Source of the DNA: Vicugna vicugna
Taxonomy: Eukaryota
Assembly: GCA_013265495.1 (NCBI GenBank)
Contig: MU057744.1
Span: forward strand, 1,502,356-1,566,355
DNA: 64,000 nt
Reading direction: 5' to 3'
The position numbers were made by a program, and so were the translations under genes. Positions within the stretch are counted from its first letter, which is position 1. Every line of letters begins with the position of its first letter. Of this stretch, positions 12,581-25,520 are shown in pieces. The notes under the pieces were generated by a model. The model ran no database searches, was not told the origin of the DNA, and was given only the letters and a program-made list of their open reading frames with translations.

Positions 12581-12924
12581 TTATTATTTAATAAGCACAT
12601 GCAAATTTATTATTAAGCCATTGATCACAACTTAGGTTGTGACTAAGTTTTCTCCACAGTGCTCTGTGAACCCGAGTTTTCTCTTAAAAAAGCGTAATGC
12701 TGAAGTTCTATCCGAGGCTGTCTGAAAGCACCACAGCACAAAATCCAATCACCCACAGGTTTATTTATGTTCTTCCTATAGAAGAGGAGACAAGGATGCT
12801 GGTAGAGATGGTCTTGTTCAGCTTTGTCATTTCCAGATGAAGAACAGTTTGGAATTGGGCACTCCTAGTTGGTGGAATTTCTTGGTGAAGTCTGTAGAGT
12901 GATTTTAGGGGTTTGGATTTAAGT

Positions 12925-13073
12925 GTATGTATATATACACATATGCATATACATGTAGATATATGTATATATAGTATAACAATATATTTAAATTAAATTT
13001 AGTATTTAATTACATATACATTTAAATTAAATATGTATACATTTAATACATATAAACATATTTAATTTAAATA
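12925..13073. repeat. AT-rich low-complexity tract with a 17-bp inverted repeat
   Basis: Nearly pure A/T sequence; arms at 13020-13036 and 13056-13072. Confidence 0.85.
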
Positions 13074-13379
13074 GGAAGTCTCGGGAAACCTGTGGAGTTT
13101 CTGAGTCTAGGCCGTGTTCATTTGTGTGGAAGTGGGTTAATTATTACAAGGTGGCTCTGATCTGTCACAGCTGAGTTGGCTCACTTGGGCCCACAGGGTG
13201 TCTGGACGATCCACATGAAACCTTGTCTGACACCAGGACCGCACTTGCGCGGCCCTGGCCGTCCCCAGAGGCGCGGGGCTGGGCTCAGTCAGGCTCTCCT
13301 TTCTCGGCGGCTGCGTGTTAAGGAGGGCGCTGCTGCGTTACAGTCCCTTGTGGAAATATATTGCAGGTTTTAAACATTC

Positions 13380-13810
13380 TCCTGTTGGCGATGTTTAGAT
13401 TGTCACCTTTACAAAAAATCTTCCTCTTACAAAGCATTTCTGCGGTGCGCAGTCTTGTTCACGTCTCCTTGGGCACAGAGGGAGAGCGTCTTCCAGATAC
13501 ACTTTGGAAAGGCTGAGTCATAAAGCAGGCACATAGCTTTCTTTCTTTCCATTGTCTGACTGTACCTTCCAGTTTCTAGTTCCGTGACGAATGGAACGGC
13601 GTGGTGACTGTCCTTGTGCTGTTCCTGACTTTAGGAGTGGGGCGGGCGTTCTGATGTTTCACTATTAACTAAGGTGTGTGCTGTCGGTTGGGTTTTGGTA
13701 GAATTTCTTTGCCAGGTAAAGGAAATTCTCCTATTCCTTGTTTGATAAGAATTTAAAAAAAAATTATGAATGGTGGTTGAATTTTGTCAAATGCTTTTTT
13801 AGACAATTTT
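13380..13810 (-). mobile_element. Old L1M relic
   Basis: ccttgtgctgttcctgactttagg...gatgtttcactatta...ttctcctattccttg...tgaatggtggttgaattttgtcaaatgcttttt resembles antisense L1 ORF2. Confidence 0.6.
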
Positions 13811-14017
13811 GTTTTTATTCAGTCCTCCAAGACGTTTCAAGTGGGGGCATCCCCCCAGTGTCCTACGGTCTCATATTTATGGGGTCGTCTGCTGCCTTCC
13901 AGTGACTTAAATCTAGCCTTTCTATCTTGGGGAGGAGTCTTGTAACTTTTGGTTAAACAGGGTCCACCTGAGTACTTGTGGGATTTACCAACAAAAAGGA
14001 GGCCAATAAGATATATT

Positions 14018-14393
14018 CTTTTTTTATAAAATTTTTTTTATTGAAGTGTAGTTGATTTACAATGTTAGTTTCAGGTGTCCAGCAAAGTGATTCAGTTATA
14101 CATATAAATACATGTATATTTTTTCTTTTCAGATTCTTTTCCATTATAGGTTATTACAAGAAATTAAATATAGTTCCCTGGGCTATCCAGTAGGTCCTTG
14201 CTGTTTATCTGTTTTATATACAGTAGTGTGTGTCTGTTAATCCCCAGCCCCTGACTTACTCCTCCTTTGGTAGCCATAGTTTCTTTTCTATGTCTGTGAG
14301 TCTGCTTTTGGTCTGTAAATAGAATTTGCATTTTTTTTTTTTTTTAGATTCCACATGTAAGTGACATCATATGATATTTGTCTTTCTATGTCT
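14018..14393 (-). mobile_element. Young L1 3' fragment
   Basis: ttgaagtgtagttgatttacaatgttagtttcaggtgtccagcaaagtgattcag...ttagattccacatgtaagtg. Confidence 0.9.
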
Positions 14394-15519
14394 CAATCAA
14401 ATACATTCTTACCTAAGAAGCTCCTCACTGGAGGCACCTCTGACCAGATAGCACCGCCCCCCGCTGCCCATTGCACTGACTGACCCTCTGGGCCCCGACC
14501 TCAGTCTGTGGGCAAGTAGGAAGAGTCCGGGAACCCACGGGAGCTGTGCACACCTGAGGGCTCCGGGCCCCCTTCTCTCTTCTATCTCTTACACTCCTGT
14601 GTAGTCAGACAATTTCTCAGGCACTTGTATGAATCCCAAGTGCTGGAGTCTCTTGTCCGTGGACACAAAGTGAAATGCTGGATTTTTTTATAGCATTTCA
14701 CGTCTCCATGAAATGCTGGATTTTTTGTAACATTTCATGTCTCCGTGTCCTGTTTGCTCTATAAGAAGGTCACGCAAGGCTGAATGATGAATGAAGAGGA
14801 TGACCTCACGCTCCATTTATCTTAGGTGAATTGAATAGTGTTTCTGGGCACGAGCCCCAGGGAAGGAAGCCTGCGGTGGGGTTGAAAGAGATACTTAGTC
14901 ATCGGGGGTTGAACACAGAGGCATGGGGGAGAAGGTTGCCTCCCGGCCACCTATGAGCATCCCTGTGATGGCAGGTCAGCTGGGCGGAGCGTGCTGACCT
15001 TTGGGGCAGAAGTTCCCACACAGGGGTCTTTGATCTCGCTGGCCCTGCGAGCTCGGGGCGGGACGCACGGTCCCCAGAGCTCCCTGCTGACACTGTGTTC
15101 TTTTATCCTCGCCCCGTATCACTGGGAGCTGAGAACGGGGAGAGGGTGTCTTGGGCAGACCACCTCTCATTATCACCCACGCCACTGGGGACCAGGGGAA
15201 CCGCTGATTTCCGCCTGCCTCTCCCTCCCGCCGGCTCCCTGCCGCTGAAGACACTGCCAAGTAGATGGAGATTATCTTCCAGATTCTTCCTTCCTGGAAG
15301 AGGGAAGGCCTCGTAGCAACTTGGTCTTAAGTCTAACATTCATATTTGGCTTTGGTGAGCAACTCCTGAAGCCAGTGACATTTGTCAATTTTCTGAGGCA
15401 CAAAAGTACCCCTATTACCCTGTCATTTTGTTGTTCTGATTTGATGGTTTGGAAATGGAAACCAGCATAAATCAACCCTTTCCCTTTGAGGTCTCCAGTA
15501 GCCTCCTGTTGCACTTCAA

Positions 15520-15715
15520 TTTTTTTAAACCTATTTTCATTGAAGTGTCGTTGATTTACGGTGTTAGTTTCAGGTGCACAGCGAAGTGATTCAGTTCTAC
15601 CTGTATGTACCTACATACATACTTTCTTTTCGGATTCTTTTCCACTACGTGTTACTGTGAGACACTGTATGTGGTTCCCTGTGCTGTGCAGTAGGGCCTC
15701 GTTGTTTATCTGTTT
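15520..15715 (-). mobile_element. Young L1 3' fragment
   Basis: ttgaagtgtcgttgatttacggtgttagtttcaggtgcacagcgaagtgattcag...gttccctgtgctgtgcagtagg. Confidence 0.85.
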
Positions 15716-16002
15716 AGGATAGAACCCACGCTGCCGCACGTGGGCAATGTGACCGCAGCCTCTGACTTGCCCGGCTCACTGCCTTTCTCTAGACCTCACC
15801 CCTCCTCGGCTCCGGAGGGCTTTGCTTCCCACGGTGGACTCCTGCAGCTCTTCGGAGGAGGAGGAGACCCCCCTGCCTACCGCAGCCCCTCGCCTCAAGC
15901 AGCCCGTGCCTGTGCGTTTGTGCCCACGGCTGCGGCCACAGCCCCCCGGAACTGTCCAGTGTGTGGGCATGAAAGACAGTGCCCTTCTGCTCTCCAGCCA
16001 CC

Positions 16003-16690
16003 ATTGGGACACAGATAGAATCAACTCCAACACGACTTCTTCCAACCCAGAAACCCTCTGCACAAAGGGAATGGAGAAAGAAAACCGTTTTATTATTGAA
16101 TAAGCATTAGACCAGAATGTGATGACCTTTGCAGACAGCACGCTAAGAGGTTGCAAAGATGAAGAAACCTCACCCTTTTACGTAGCCAAGTAGACAGGAC
16201 CCCTTGCAGACCTGTTCCAGAGATGAACACTAACTCGTCCTCAGGTAAGGACTTGATGCACCGTTTGTTACACCTCATGCATCCGAAACTCGCCTGGTCA
16301 GTGGGGGACCGTCGCTGACAGTTACTTGGTTTGATACCCAGGAAAAACCAGCTTTTTACTACGTTGATGACAGAAGATGGGTTTGCAGCCAGGAGCCAGG
16401 TGCAGCGCACCGAAGTGTGGCTCCTCCCTCCCACGGAAACTGGGAGATGTCTGCATTCCAGAGAGGTGGTTCTCAGGTCTTTGAGAAAGACTTCCTGAGT
16501 CAGGAATCTGGCGGAAGCCCTAGTTAGCTTGAAAAAAATCTACATACATTTCAAGGAGACAAGAAAGAATCTACAATCACAAATTTTCTGAAGTAAACAC
16601 TCAAATGAAAAAGGAAAGAGGACGTCACCACTTCCCTTATTTTTTAACAGTAAGAATTAAACTTACTTTTAATTTTTATTTGCCCTCACA
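16003..16690 (-). mobile_element. ERV1-class solo LTR (MER39/MER90-like; subfamily uncertain)
   Basis: Minus strand starts tgtgagggcaaataaaaattaaaag, has an internal poly(A) signal (caataataaaa) and a U5-like end; length ~690 bp. Confidence 0.65.
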
Positions 16691-16756
16691 CCGCATCTCA
16701 GTCCTGGCTTCCCTAGGGATTCTGTCACATCCCTTGCGTTATTTTCCTTCATAGCT

Positions 16757-17244
16757 CTTTTTTTTTTACATATAAACACATATATTCATTTTCATATCTT
16801 TTTCATTATAGGTTATTACAAGTTATTGAATATAGTTCCCTGTGCTATCTATACAGTAGGACCTTGTTTATCTGTTTTATATATAGCAGTTAGTGTCTGC
16901 AATCCTTGAACTCCCAATTTATCCCTTCCCACCCCCTCCCCCCGTAACCATAAGTTTGTTTTCTATGTCTGTGAATCTCGTTCTGTTTTGTAAGTAAGTT
17001 CATTTGTGTCTTTTTTTAGATTCCACATATAAGTGATATCATGTGGAATTTTTCTTTCTCTGGCTTACTTAACTTAGAATGACGATCTCCAGGTCCATCC
17101 ATGTTGCTGCTAATGGCATTATTTTATTCTTTTTCATGGCTTAGTAGTATTCCATTGCATAAACATACGGCATCTTTACCCAGTCATCTGTGGATGGACA
17201 TTTAGGTTGTGTCCACATCTTGGCTGTTGTCAGCAGTGCTGCTG
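16757..17244 (-). mobile_element. Young L1 fragment, 5'- and 3'-truncated, with TSD
   Basis: Perfect 12-bp TSD tccttcatagct at 16745-16756 and 17245-17256; antisense L1 between them. Confidence 0.92.
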
Positions 17245-17269
17245 TCCTTCATAGCTTCTTGAATGGAGT

Positions 17270-17720
17270 GTTTGGTAAGACCCACTACTATAACACAACA
17301 TACCTAAGGTGTGAAGTCTAGTAGTAAAGTAAATACCTGTGACCCTTGTGTCCTCCATTCCACCTTGACTCTCTCCTGGAGGTCCTCTCACCTGAATTTT
17401 CTATTTATTCCTTCCTTTCTTGTACCACATACACGTGTTTTCTTAACTGAGATTTCCAAACTAAACCAAGAGTTTAGCTCTGCTTCGTTTTGAACTTTAA
17501 ACAAAGGTGCACTGTAGTCCTTTGGGACTGGCCTCTTCCAGCTGTGCACCTGCACTTTTGCCCACAGCTGACATCCCGTTGCGTGTCCATGGAAGCCTGC
17601 GTTCATCCACTTCCTGTCTGGACACCCTGTTCTGTGATCACCCTTGTCCGTGGCTGTAGTGTCTCCCGGCGCCGCGTCAGGCATCTCTCTCGGCTGCACT
17701 GGGAGTGGAACTGCTGGGCG
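17270..17720 (-). mobile_element. Old L1M 3' relic
   Basis: Degenerate antisense L1ME-like motifs (tgtagtcctttgggactggcctcttcc, gggagtggaactgctggg). Confidence 0.45.
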
Positions 17721-19437
17721 CCGTCTTCTGTTTTCCTAATAGCACTTAGGCCTCTGAGAATGTCTTGGTCATCTGTCTGCTTCCTTGCTTGTCGCCCGTC
17801 TCCTCCCCTCCCGCACCAGGCTGAGCTCTGCTGGCTCTTGTCTACTTCGTGCGCTCGCTGGGTCTACACCTGCTGCTCTGTGTGTGAGCACCAGTCACCC
17901 AAAGCCTCATGACTGGTTTTTCTAAATAGGCCCTACAGAGAATAGCAACTCTCCATACTGGTGAAGGCAGTGAAGGAAAAAAAAACGAGGAACACTAGGA
18001 CACTGATGGTTGCTAGCCTGAAAATAGAAGTTTTAAGGGAGAAATTATATGCCTCGGCTATAACTTTAAATGTAGGAGTTTTTGCCTGTCAAGATCTATT
18101 ATTAGTTAAGTTGAAAGGGTTTTCTCTTCCAGCTGCCACTGTCTGTGAGTAAACAAAAATCAAGTCTAAGGCTCGGAAGCTTCAGTATACAGGGGAATGT
18201 CTGTATTGATAAGAACGTGAGAGTAACATTTGCCGAGCGGTAGGCCTGCTGATAACAGATAATGACTGGAGAGGGATTTGAGATTAGCATCCGTCCGGAT
18301 AACAAATTTGGTATGTGGTGTGTCTTTGGTGTACTGCAAATGCCATCCGTTGTTGAATTTCTCTTAAAAAGTCACGTCTTTGGAAGGAATGGAGAAAGCA
18401 TATCAGATGGCAAGGCTTGGAAATTTAAAATGTCCTTGTGTGATTTAAGATCTTACTTCATTGATTCCACTATTTTTAGTCCCACGTTTTAATTCAGTGT
18501 GTGGCGTCTGTAGGTTGTCATCTATTGAAAGAACACACCAGCACTGGAGAAGGATGCTGCTGAACCCAGTGTGTGGTCTGTGTCTTCGAGAGAGTTGTCC
18601 AGTTGACACGGGAGAGTTCTGGGAACCCCCGACCCCGCTCTCCCGGGAACCCACTTCAGGTGTGTGGATGACAGAGCGTCCGGCAGTCCCCGAGCGAACG
18701 GTTCCTGCTCTTCGAAGGACACATTTGTCCTGACGGCACCTTGCTGTGTTGCCAGATGTTTTTCTGACGAGTTCCACTGAGACAACTTAAATCCGTTTAA
18801 AATACATTTTTGTACTAGTTTCTGTCCACCAGGAAACGTCCCACTGGGAGTTGGCCTCTTGTGAATTGCCATTTTGCCGGATTTTTTCTTTTGCTTGGAG
18901 GAAGCGTTCCTCTATTTCCAGAGTGCGTCCATTCTAGTTGTTTAATTTCTGAACTGCAGATCTATCATCTTATTAAATCTTTGGAAAAGGAGACGATAGT
19001 TTGGACACATACCTTCTTTTGGAGTATTCTCCCCCTCTTTTAAAAGATCTAGAATAATCACCCATTTATAATTAACTCAGTGTCAAACATAATACCTTAA
19101 AAAATCTAAATTTGCCCTTAATTTGATACCAGCTTTAAAGTCTAGGGGCTGTAAGTGCCCTTCGTTCTGGAGTGGGAATGATTAATGCCTTAGTAAGACG
19201 TCTCTGGAGTCAACCGGATACCTTGAAAAGACAGATTTGCAGTTTCAGGAAACTCTTTTTACCTAAAATATTATGTGTCAGAAGAGATGAAGGATGCCAT
19301 CCTGAGTTATATATTTACGTAGGGCGCCTGAGAAGTCTTTCTTTCTGATTGCAAGAGAAAAGGGATTTTAGAGCGCTTGTAATTTGGCCTCATAGTTGAA
19401 CCAGCAGCTGTGCCTAACGGCTTTTTTTCCCCCATTG

Positions 19438-19578
19438 TTAAAATTGAAATGTTGACAGTTTACCATGTTGTGTCAATTTCTGGTGTACAGCATAGTCTTT
19501 CAGTCATACATGTACATACATGTATTTATTTTCATATTCCTTCTCATTTCCATTATAGGTTACTATAAGATAGTGAGC
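19438..19578 (-). mobile_element. Young L1 3' fragment
   Basis: aattgaaatgttgacagtttaccatgttgtgtcaatttctggtgtacagcatag...ttataggttactataagatag. Confidence 0.85.
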
Positions 19579-21902
19579 ATGTCAGACACAGCTGTTGAAA
19601 TATCCTGGGTGTTAAAAAAGTATACGTCATTAGAGGAAAAAAAAATTGAATGATGGTCTTGCTAATCTTGGCAAATCTCTCTGTTTCCATTACTTTAAGA
19701 GGAAAGGGGTCTGCAGCGCTCTGCTGGCATGAGCCATCCCCAGTGAAAGACAGCGTTACTAGGGCGTGGGGGTCGGGGCGGGACAGACGCGCAAACCATC
19801 TGCTGCTTGGGGTGTTTGTTTTTCCGTCTTTTCTATCTTTTCATTTACATTTTAGCTCCTCACTAACCCGTCTTCTTCCTGCTCGAACGATGCCCATCTC
19901 ATACCTTCAACACTTTGGATTTGTCTGGGGGCAGTCGTGCAATTTTGAGATTTCACTGGTGATCACATTTTTACGGTTCAGTGTGAGTAACTTCTCACTG
20001 AGTGGTTGCAAATGAAGTGCCGTCAACAGAAGAACAATTCACTTACGATGAAGCACAGGAGCTTTCAGACGGGGCGGGGAAGGGCGCAAGCCAGCGGCAC
20101 GTTACTCCTGCCTGATCTCACGAAGAGTGAGATGAGGGGCTTCTCGTTCTCCTGTGAGAGGGAGCGAAGGTTTCCCCACGCCTGGTGCAGAGCCCCGCGA
20201 GACACTGCATGGGGCCGTCTTTCATGTTGACTTCTCCCCGAGCTTGACTGGAGCGCCAAACTGTTTCACAGCTGGCTTCTGGTTCTCACGTTACCTTTTC
20301 ATGTGGAGTGAAACCCAGGCGACCTCAGTGCTGCCTTGAAGCGGTGCCCCTCTGGAGATGCTTAGGTGAGGAAGAGGGACACCTGTGTCTTCAAAGACAA
20401 GACACATTGCCATTTTAGCTCACACGCACTGGCCGATTTCCACCCGAGGGAGGCTCGTTAACTCGTTAGCGGGACTTCGTGCTGTGTCAGAGCTTTGAAG
20501 GCTCAGTTTACGACGTTACGATGTTGACTACTGCTCTTACTGCACTCCCGTGTCAACGAGCAACATCTACTGAGAGCCTGCCTGTGCTCGGCATGGCCTG
20601 ACCCTCAAATTAGTGGTGTTGTTGATGGGGCGAGGTCGTAGGATGGAAGGCTCTTGGAGAGGGCTGGGACCAAGCCTTCCGTTCTTATGTACTCAGTGCT
20701 TACCACGTAGCAGCATGCGGAGTGTCCCTGAGTGCAGGAAAGGCAGGTGCTTTTCTGGGATTAGCAGTTGGGAAGTTTTTTTTTTTTTTTTAAAGCATAG
20801 TCATACGACCTTCTCCTTTATTCTAGGAAAGAAAAACACTCCCAGTGGAAAATTGGCTAATGGAAATACTGAACCTATGATATATTTTGTAGATTTTCAA
20901 TAATAGATTTGGGGAATTTTAAAATGCAGGAATGAAGCTTTTGAGTCTTTCAACTAGGTGATTCTGGAAATCCTCCTGGATTTCATGTCTGGAGGAATTA
21001 ACACAAAACCCCACAGGTTTTTGGCTTCAAAGGCTTTAATTTTGCTTCTGATCGTCCGGGGTCTACTTGACTCCACATGCCTCTGGAAGGAGAGAGTTCT
21101 AATTTGCTAACAAGAAGGGTCAAGGGCTTAACTAAGCGGCTTTAGTTTTAGTTGACAACCTCTCTTCTTTTAGATCAGAGAGTCATGATTTTGAAGGTGA
21201 GATTTAAACAAATAAACGGGAATCACAGGAGAAAAGAGATTTGGTTGATTAGTTTTTATCGAGATTTTTTTTTTAATTCAGATTAATTTTAGATCTGGAA
21301 ATAATGTGCTGTCAGGAAAACAGCGGCTATTGAATTTTCCATTAGGATTGTACTCTGCTTGATTTTTAATTTTAAGCTTAGTATCAAGACATTAGCATTT
21401 GGATGCAATCCTGCAGTTGCCAGAAATGTCCAGAGACCAAAGCACACTGCTTCTGGAAGACATTATTACTTACAAACTGGGCACAGGCCTGCCCTGGTGA
21501 TGGATATGCCAGTGGGATAATTATCCTACAAGAGGCAGCCGCCCAAACTTTGGGGTTTTGATGCTAATGAAAATGACTTTCAGTAATGCATAAGGCACCT
21601 CTCAAAATGGTCTTTGAATGATTACTTCTGAATGTTATTTAGAAATAACAAATTAAATGGTGTTTACTGTTACAACCCAGCTGTAAGCAGGATGAGGATA
21701 GGATCATGGAGTTCAGTCAGAAAGACCTACATTCTGATTTTGTTACTTGCAGTCTTTCTGTCTTTCCTCATAAACCCTCGCTTTTCTCATCTGCTAAGGG
21801 GAGCTATGTACTTAAAAACATTTCAAGGTGTGTGATGTTTAGTGCAATGTGTGTGATTACTGTAGTTATTGCTGTTAGTGTCCTGTGTAATAATGACAGG
21901 GT

Positions 21903-21992
21903 CCACAGCAGCCCTGTTCACAGCAGCCAAGACATGGAAGCAACCAAAAGTCCATCAACAGATGACTGGATAAAGAAGCTGGGGGGATGGAG

Positions 21993-22041
<49 letters not shown>

Positions 22042-22480
22042 ATGGAATACTACTCAGCCATAAAAAAGAATAAAATAATGACATTTGCAGCAATATGGAT
22101 GGGCTGTCATTCTAAGTGAAGTTGGAAAGAGAAATAAAAATACCATATGATATCACTCATATGTGGAATCTAAAATATGATACAGATGAACTTATATACA
22201 AAACAGAAACAGACTCATAGGCACAGAAAACAAACTTATGGTTACCAGGAAGGAAAGGAGGTGGGGAAGGAGAAAATGGGAGTTTGAGATTTGTAGATAC
22301 AAGTTACTATATATAAAATAAATAACCAGGACCTACTGTACAGCTTAAGGAACTATATTCAATATCTTGTAATAACCTATAATGAAAAAGAACATATATA
22401 TGTATGTATAACTGAATCAGTGTGCTGTACACCAGAAGTTAACACAGCATTGTAAACCAACTACACGTCAATTAAAAAAA
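21903..22480 (+). mobile_element. Young L1 3' fragment containing an (AT)11(AC)13 microsatellite
   Basis: cagccaagacatggaagcaacc...gatgactggataaagaag...cattgtaaaccaactacacgtcaattaaaaaaa; microsatellite at 21993-22040. Confidence 0.92.
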
Positions 22481-24199
22481 TGAGAATGTCAGGATGACCA
22501 TGGTTGGAGCTGGGCACTCCCTTAGAATCGATGCCCTTTAGGAAATGGAGGTGAGTTAAGTTAATGGAGTCAAAGGTTTGTGAGCAACGGGACAGGAAGT
22601 GGTCGTCGATCCAGCAGGTGTTTACTACGGACTGCACAGCGGTCACTGGGCCAGGTGCTGGTGTTTGCCTTTCAAAAGGTGACTTAGGGTATGCAGATGG
22701 ACTTGGAAGGAGGAGGACGATTGGAACACTCTTGTAGGAGATAATGACGGCCTCGACACAGAGAAGAAGGATGTGACCATTTGAAGCAAGAACGGAAGTT
22801 GGACGGTGAACCATTGGCTTGAAGAAATGTTGGGGGAGGGAAAAATGAATGACAAGTGACTTAAAGTTTTCCAGCTTCGGCATTTGGGGAAATGACGTTA
22901 TTAGTGGAAACAGGACATATGGAGGAAAGGGACAAGTTGCTGGGCATGGGGAAGTGGACAATGCTTCCCAGGAATTCTTTAACTGGAAACAAATTGTTCT
23001 GTGCTTTTTTTTTTTAAATTGGCTATGGACCTTTATTACCCATCCTTATTCTGACAGTTCAAATTAGGTGATGATATTTACATGAAATAATTCCAGTGCA
23101 CTGATGCAGTTCATCCGGAGTAATGAATTTAATGTTGAGTCATCTGGCGTGGAACCGTTACAGGTAGGATGAGGGATGTGCGGGCAGGGCATTTTTTTCT
23201 TTTTCTTAATTTTGGTAGTTCTGGAAGGTCACAAACCACAACTCAATAAATATCTTTTAGTTTTTCCAATAAGTTTGCAGACGACCTGCAAAACCATTTT
23301 TTAGGCCATGGGTAGAAAATGAACATCATAAATTTAGATGATGCTTCTGTGAGTAGTTACATATTTTTCATTTAAATCACCCCATGGCTATGTTTGTGTC
23401 GGAAATAAAGAAGCAGTCTCCTACCATAGACAGACTGATTCACCACTGGGCAAAGAGGGTTTTTTGTAAAAGCAGATTAAAACAATGGTACGGCTTTTAA
23501 AGTTTTCTTGTTTGGCACTTCTTACTTTCAAAAATTTCCATTCTACAGGACAGTAGGTTTAATGGGTGGGTGGCCTCGGGGAGCAGCTTTGTCATAAACT
23601 GATAAACACCATTTAAGAGGAAGATGAGTAGGAGTAAGAACGGGAGCCTGAGAGGGGCTTCGGGCTGCACTGCTGCCGGGAGGCAGTGCCTCCCCTCCAG
23701 GTCTAGCCCTGCAGGGCGGCCGTCACAGGGGCCATACATGGCGAAGTGTGCAGTCTTCTATGCAGATAGGGTTCCCGGCTTCTCCTCAATCTAGTTTTCA
23801 GTTCTGAGCACTCCTGGTGAGCCGGTTTGTTGCTTCATTGTTCCTTTGCAACGATACAAACAGGAGCTCTCACCCGATGATAAGCGAACCGTTGCTTTTC
23901 CGAGTATCCGCAAAGAGTTGCTGGTGGGGCAGCCTGAGGTCCGTTGAGACCTGCAGTGATTCGATGATGTCGTTATTATCCAGCTACTCCAAGGTGGGGT
24001 TCTCCCTGTGCAAGGCTGAAGGTCGGAGGGCTGTGGAAACGTAGTTGCAGCTTATTTTCAGCTGTTTTTTGTTTCCTAGAGAAAAATAAGCAAGTTTCTT
24101 TACTGCACAAATTTTTCGAATGTTTGATATGCATAACATGAATCTACAACTGAGAATAGTGTACAGCTTTTTATGAATTTTTTTATTCTTGGATTTAGG

Positions 24200-24845
24200 A
24201 TTTTATTTTTATTTTTTATTGAGGTATAATTGATTTACAATGTTGTGTTAGTTTCAGGTATACAGGGAAGTAATTCAATATACATGTACATATATATTCT
24301 TTTCCAGATGTGTTTCATTATAGGTTATTACAAGAAATTTAATATAGTTCCCTGTGCTAAACAGTAGGTCCTTGTTATCTGTTATATATATCATAATATA
24401 TATGTTAATCCCAGACTCCTTGATCTGGGATTGATCCCTCCTCCCACCCCTTTCCACTTTGGTAACCGTAGTTTGTTGTTTATGTCTGCTTATTTCTGGC
24501 TTGTTAATAAGTTTATTTGTGTCATTTTTTTTAGATTCTACATATAAGAGATATATAATATTTGTCTTTTTCTGTCTGACTTAATTCACTTAGTATGATA
24601 ATCTTTAGGTCCATCCATGTTGCTGCAAATGGCATGATTTCATTCTTTTTTATGGCTGAGTAGTATTCCAGTGTATACATAAACCACAACTTCTTTATCC
24701 AGCCATCTGTCAATGGACATTTAGGTTGCTCCTGTGTCTAGGCTGTTGTAAATTGTGCTGCTGTGAACATTGGGGTGCATGTATTTTATTTGAGTTGCAG
24801 TTTAATTCAAATATATGTCCAGGAAGGGGGTTGCTGGATAATTGT
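24200..24845 (-). mobile_element. Young L1 3' fragment
   Basis: Antisense L1 3' UTR and ORF2 end; ORF 24531..24713 (DGWIKKLWFMYTLEYYSAIKKNEIMPFAATWMDL) is the ORF2p C-terminus. Confidence 0.92.
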
Positions 24846-25104
24846 TTTTTAGATTTTGCAATTAGGTTCTTTTCAGTTTTTGATTGGCCAACAAAATACT
24901 CCTAAATTACATACCCAGATCTCTGAAAATAATGTAGGGTCTAAATTAAAGAATTTTGTAATGGCCCATGTGGACTTGGACCTTCTTCCTCTTTCTAGTG
25001 AGGTTTTATAGACTTCAGGGTACATGATGTGCACAGTTTAGAGTGCATTATGCTTATATATATTTTCCAATACTTTCTTCCTATTGGTTTTTAAAATGAA
25101 ATGC

Positions 25105-25520
25105 GATTTTTCTTTTCTTTTTTTTTTTAATTGAAGTATAGTCAGTTTATAATGTGTCAATTTCTGGTGCAGAAATATGTTCCAGTCATACATATACACA
25201 CATACATTCCTTTTCATATTCTTTTTCATTATAGGTTACTACAAGATACTGAAAATAGTTCCCTGTGCTATGTAGTATAAATTTGTTCTTTATCTATTTT
25301 ATTTATAGTAGTTAGTATCTGCAAATCTTAAACTCCCAATTTATCTCTTCTCATCCCCTCCCCACCGCCCCATAACTGTAAGTTGTTTTCTGTGTCTGTG
25401 AGTTTGTTTCTGTTTTATAAATAAGTTCATTTGTGTCATTTTTTTAGATTCCACATGTAAGTGATATAAAATGGTATTTGTCTTTCTCTTTTTGGGTGAC
25501 TCACGTAGAATGACAATTTG
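25105..25520 (-). mobile_element. Young L1 3' fragment
   Basis: Poly-T, then aattgaagtatagtcagtttataatgtgtcaatttctggtg...ttagattccacatgtaagtg. Confidence 0.9.

Noticed and set aside
23817..24044. Coding-looking unique segment, possible processed pseudogene or minus-strand exon
   Set aside because: The most protein-like frames contain stops and no homologue, poly(A) tail or TSD is recognisable.
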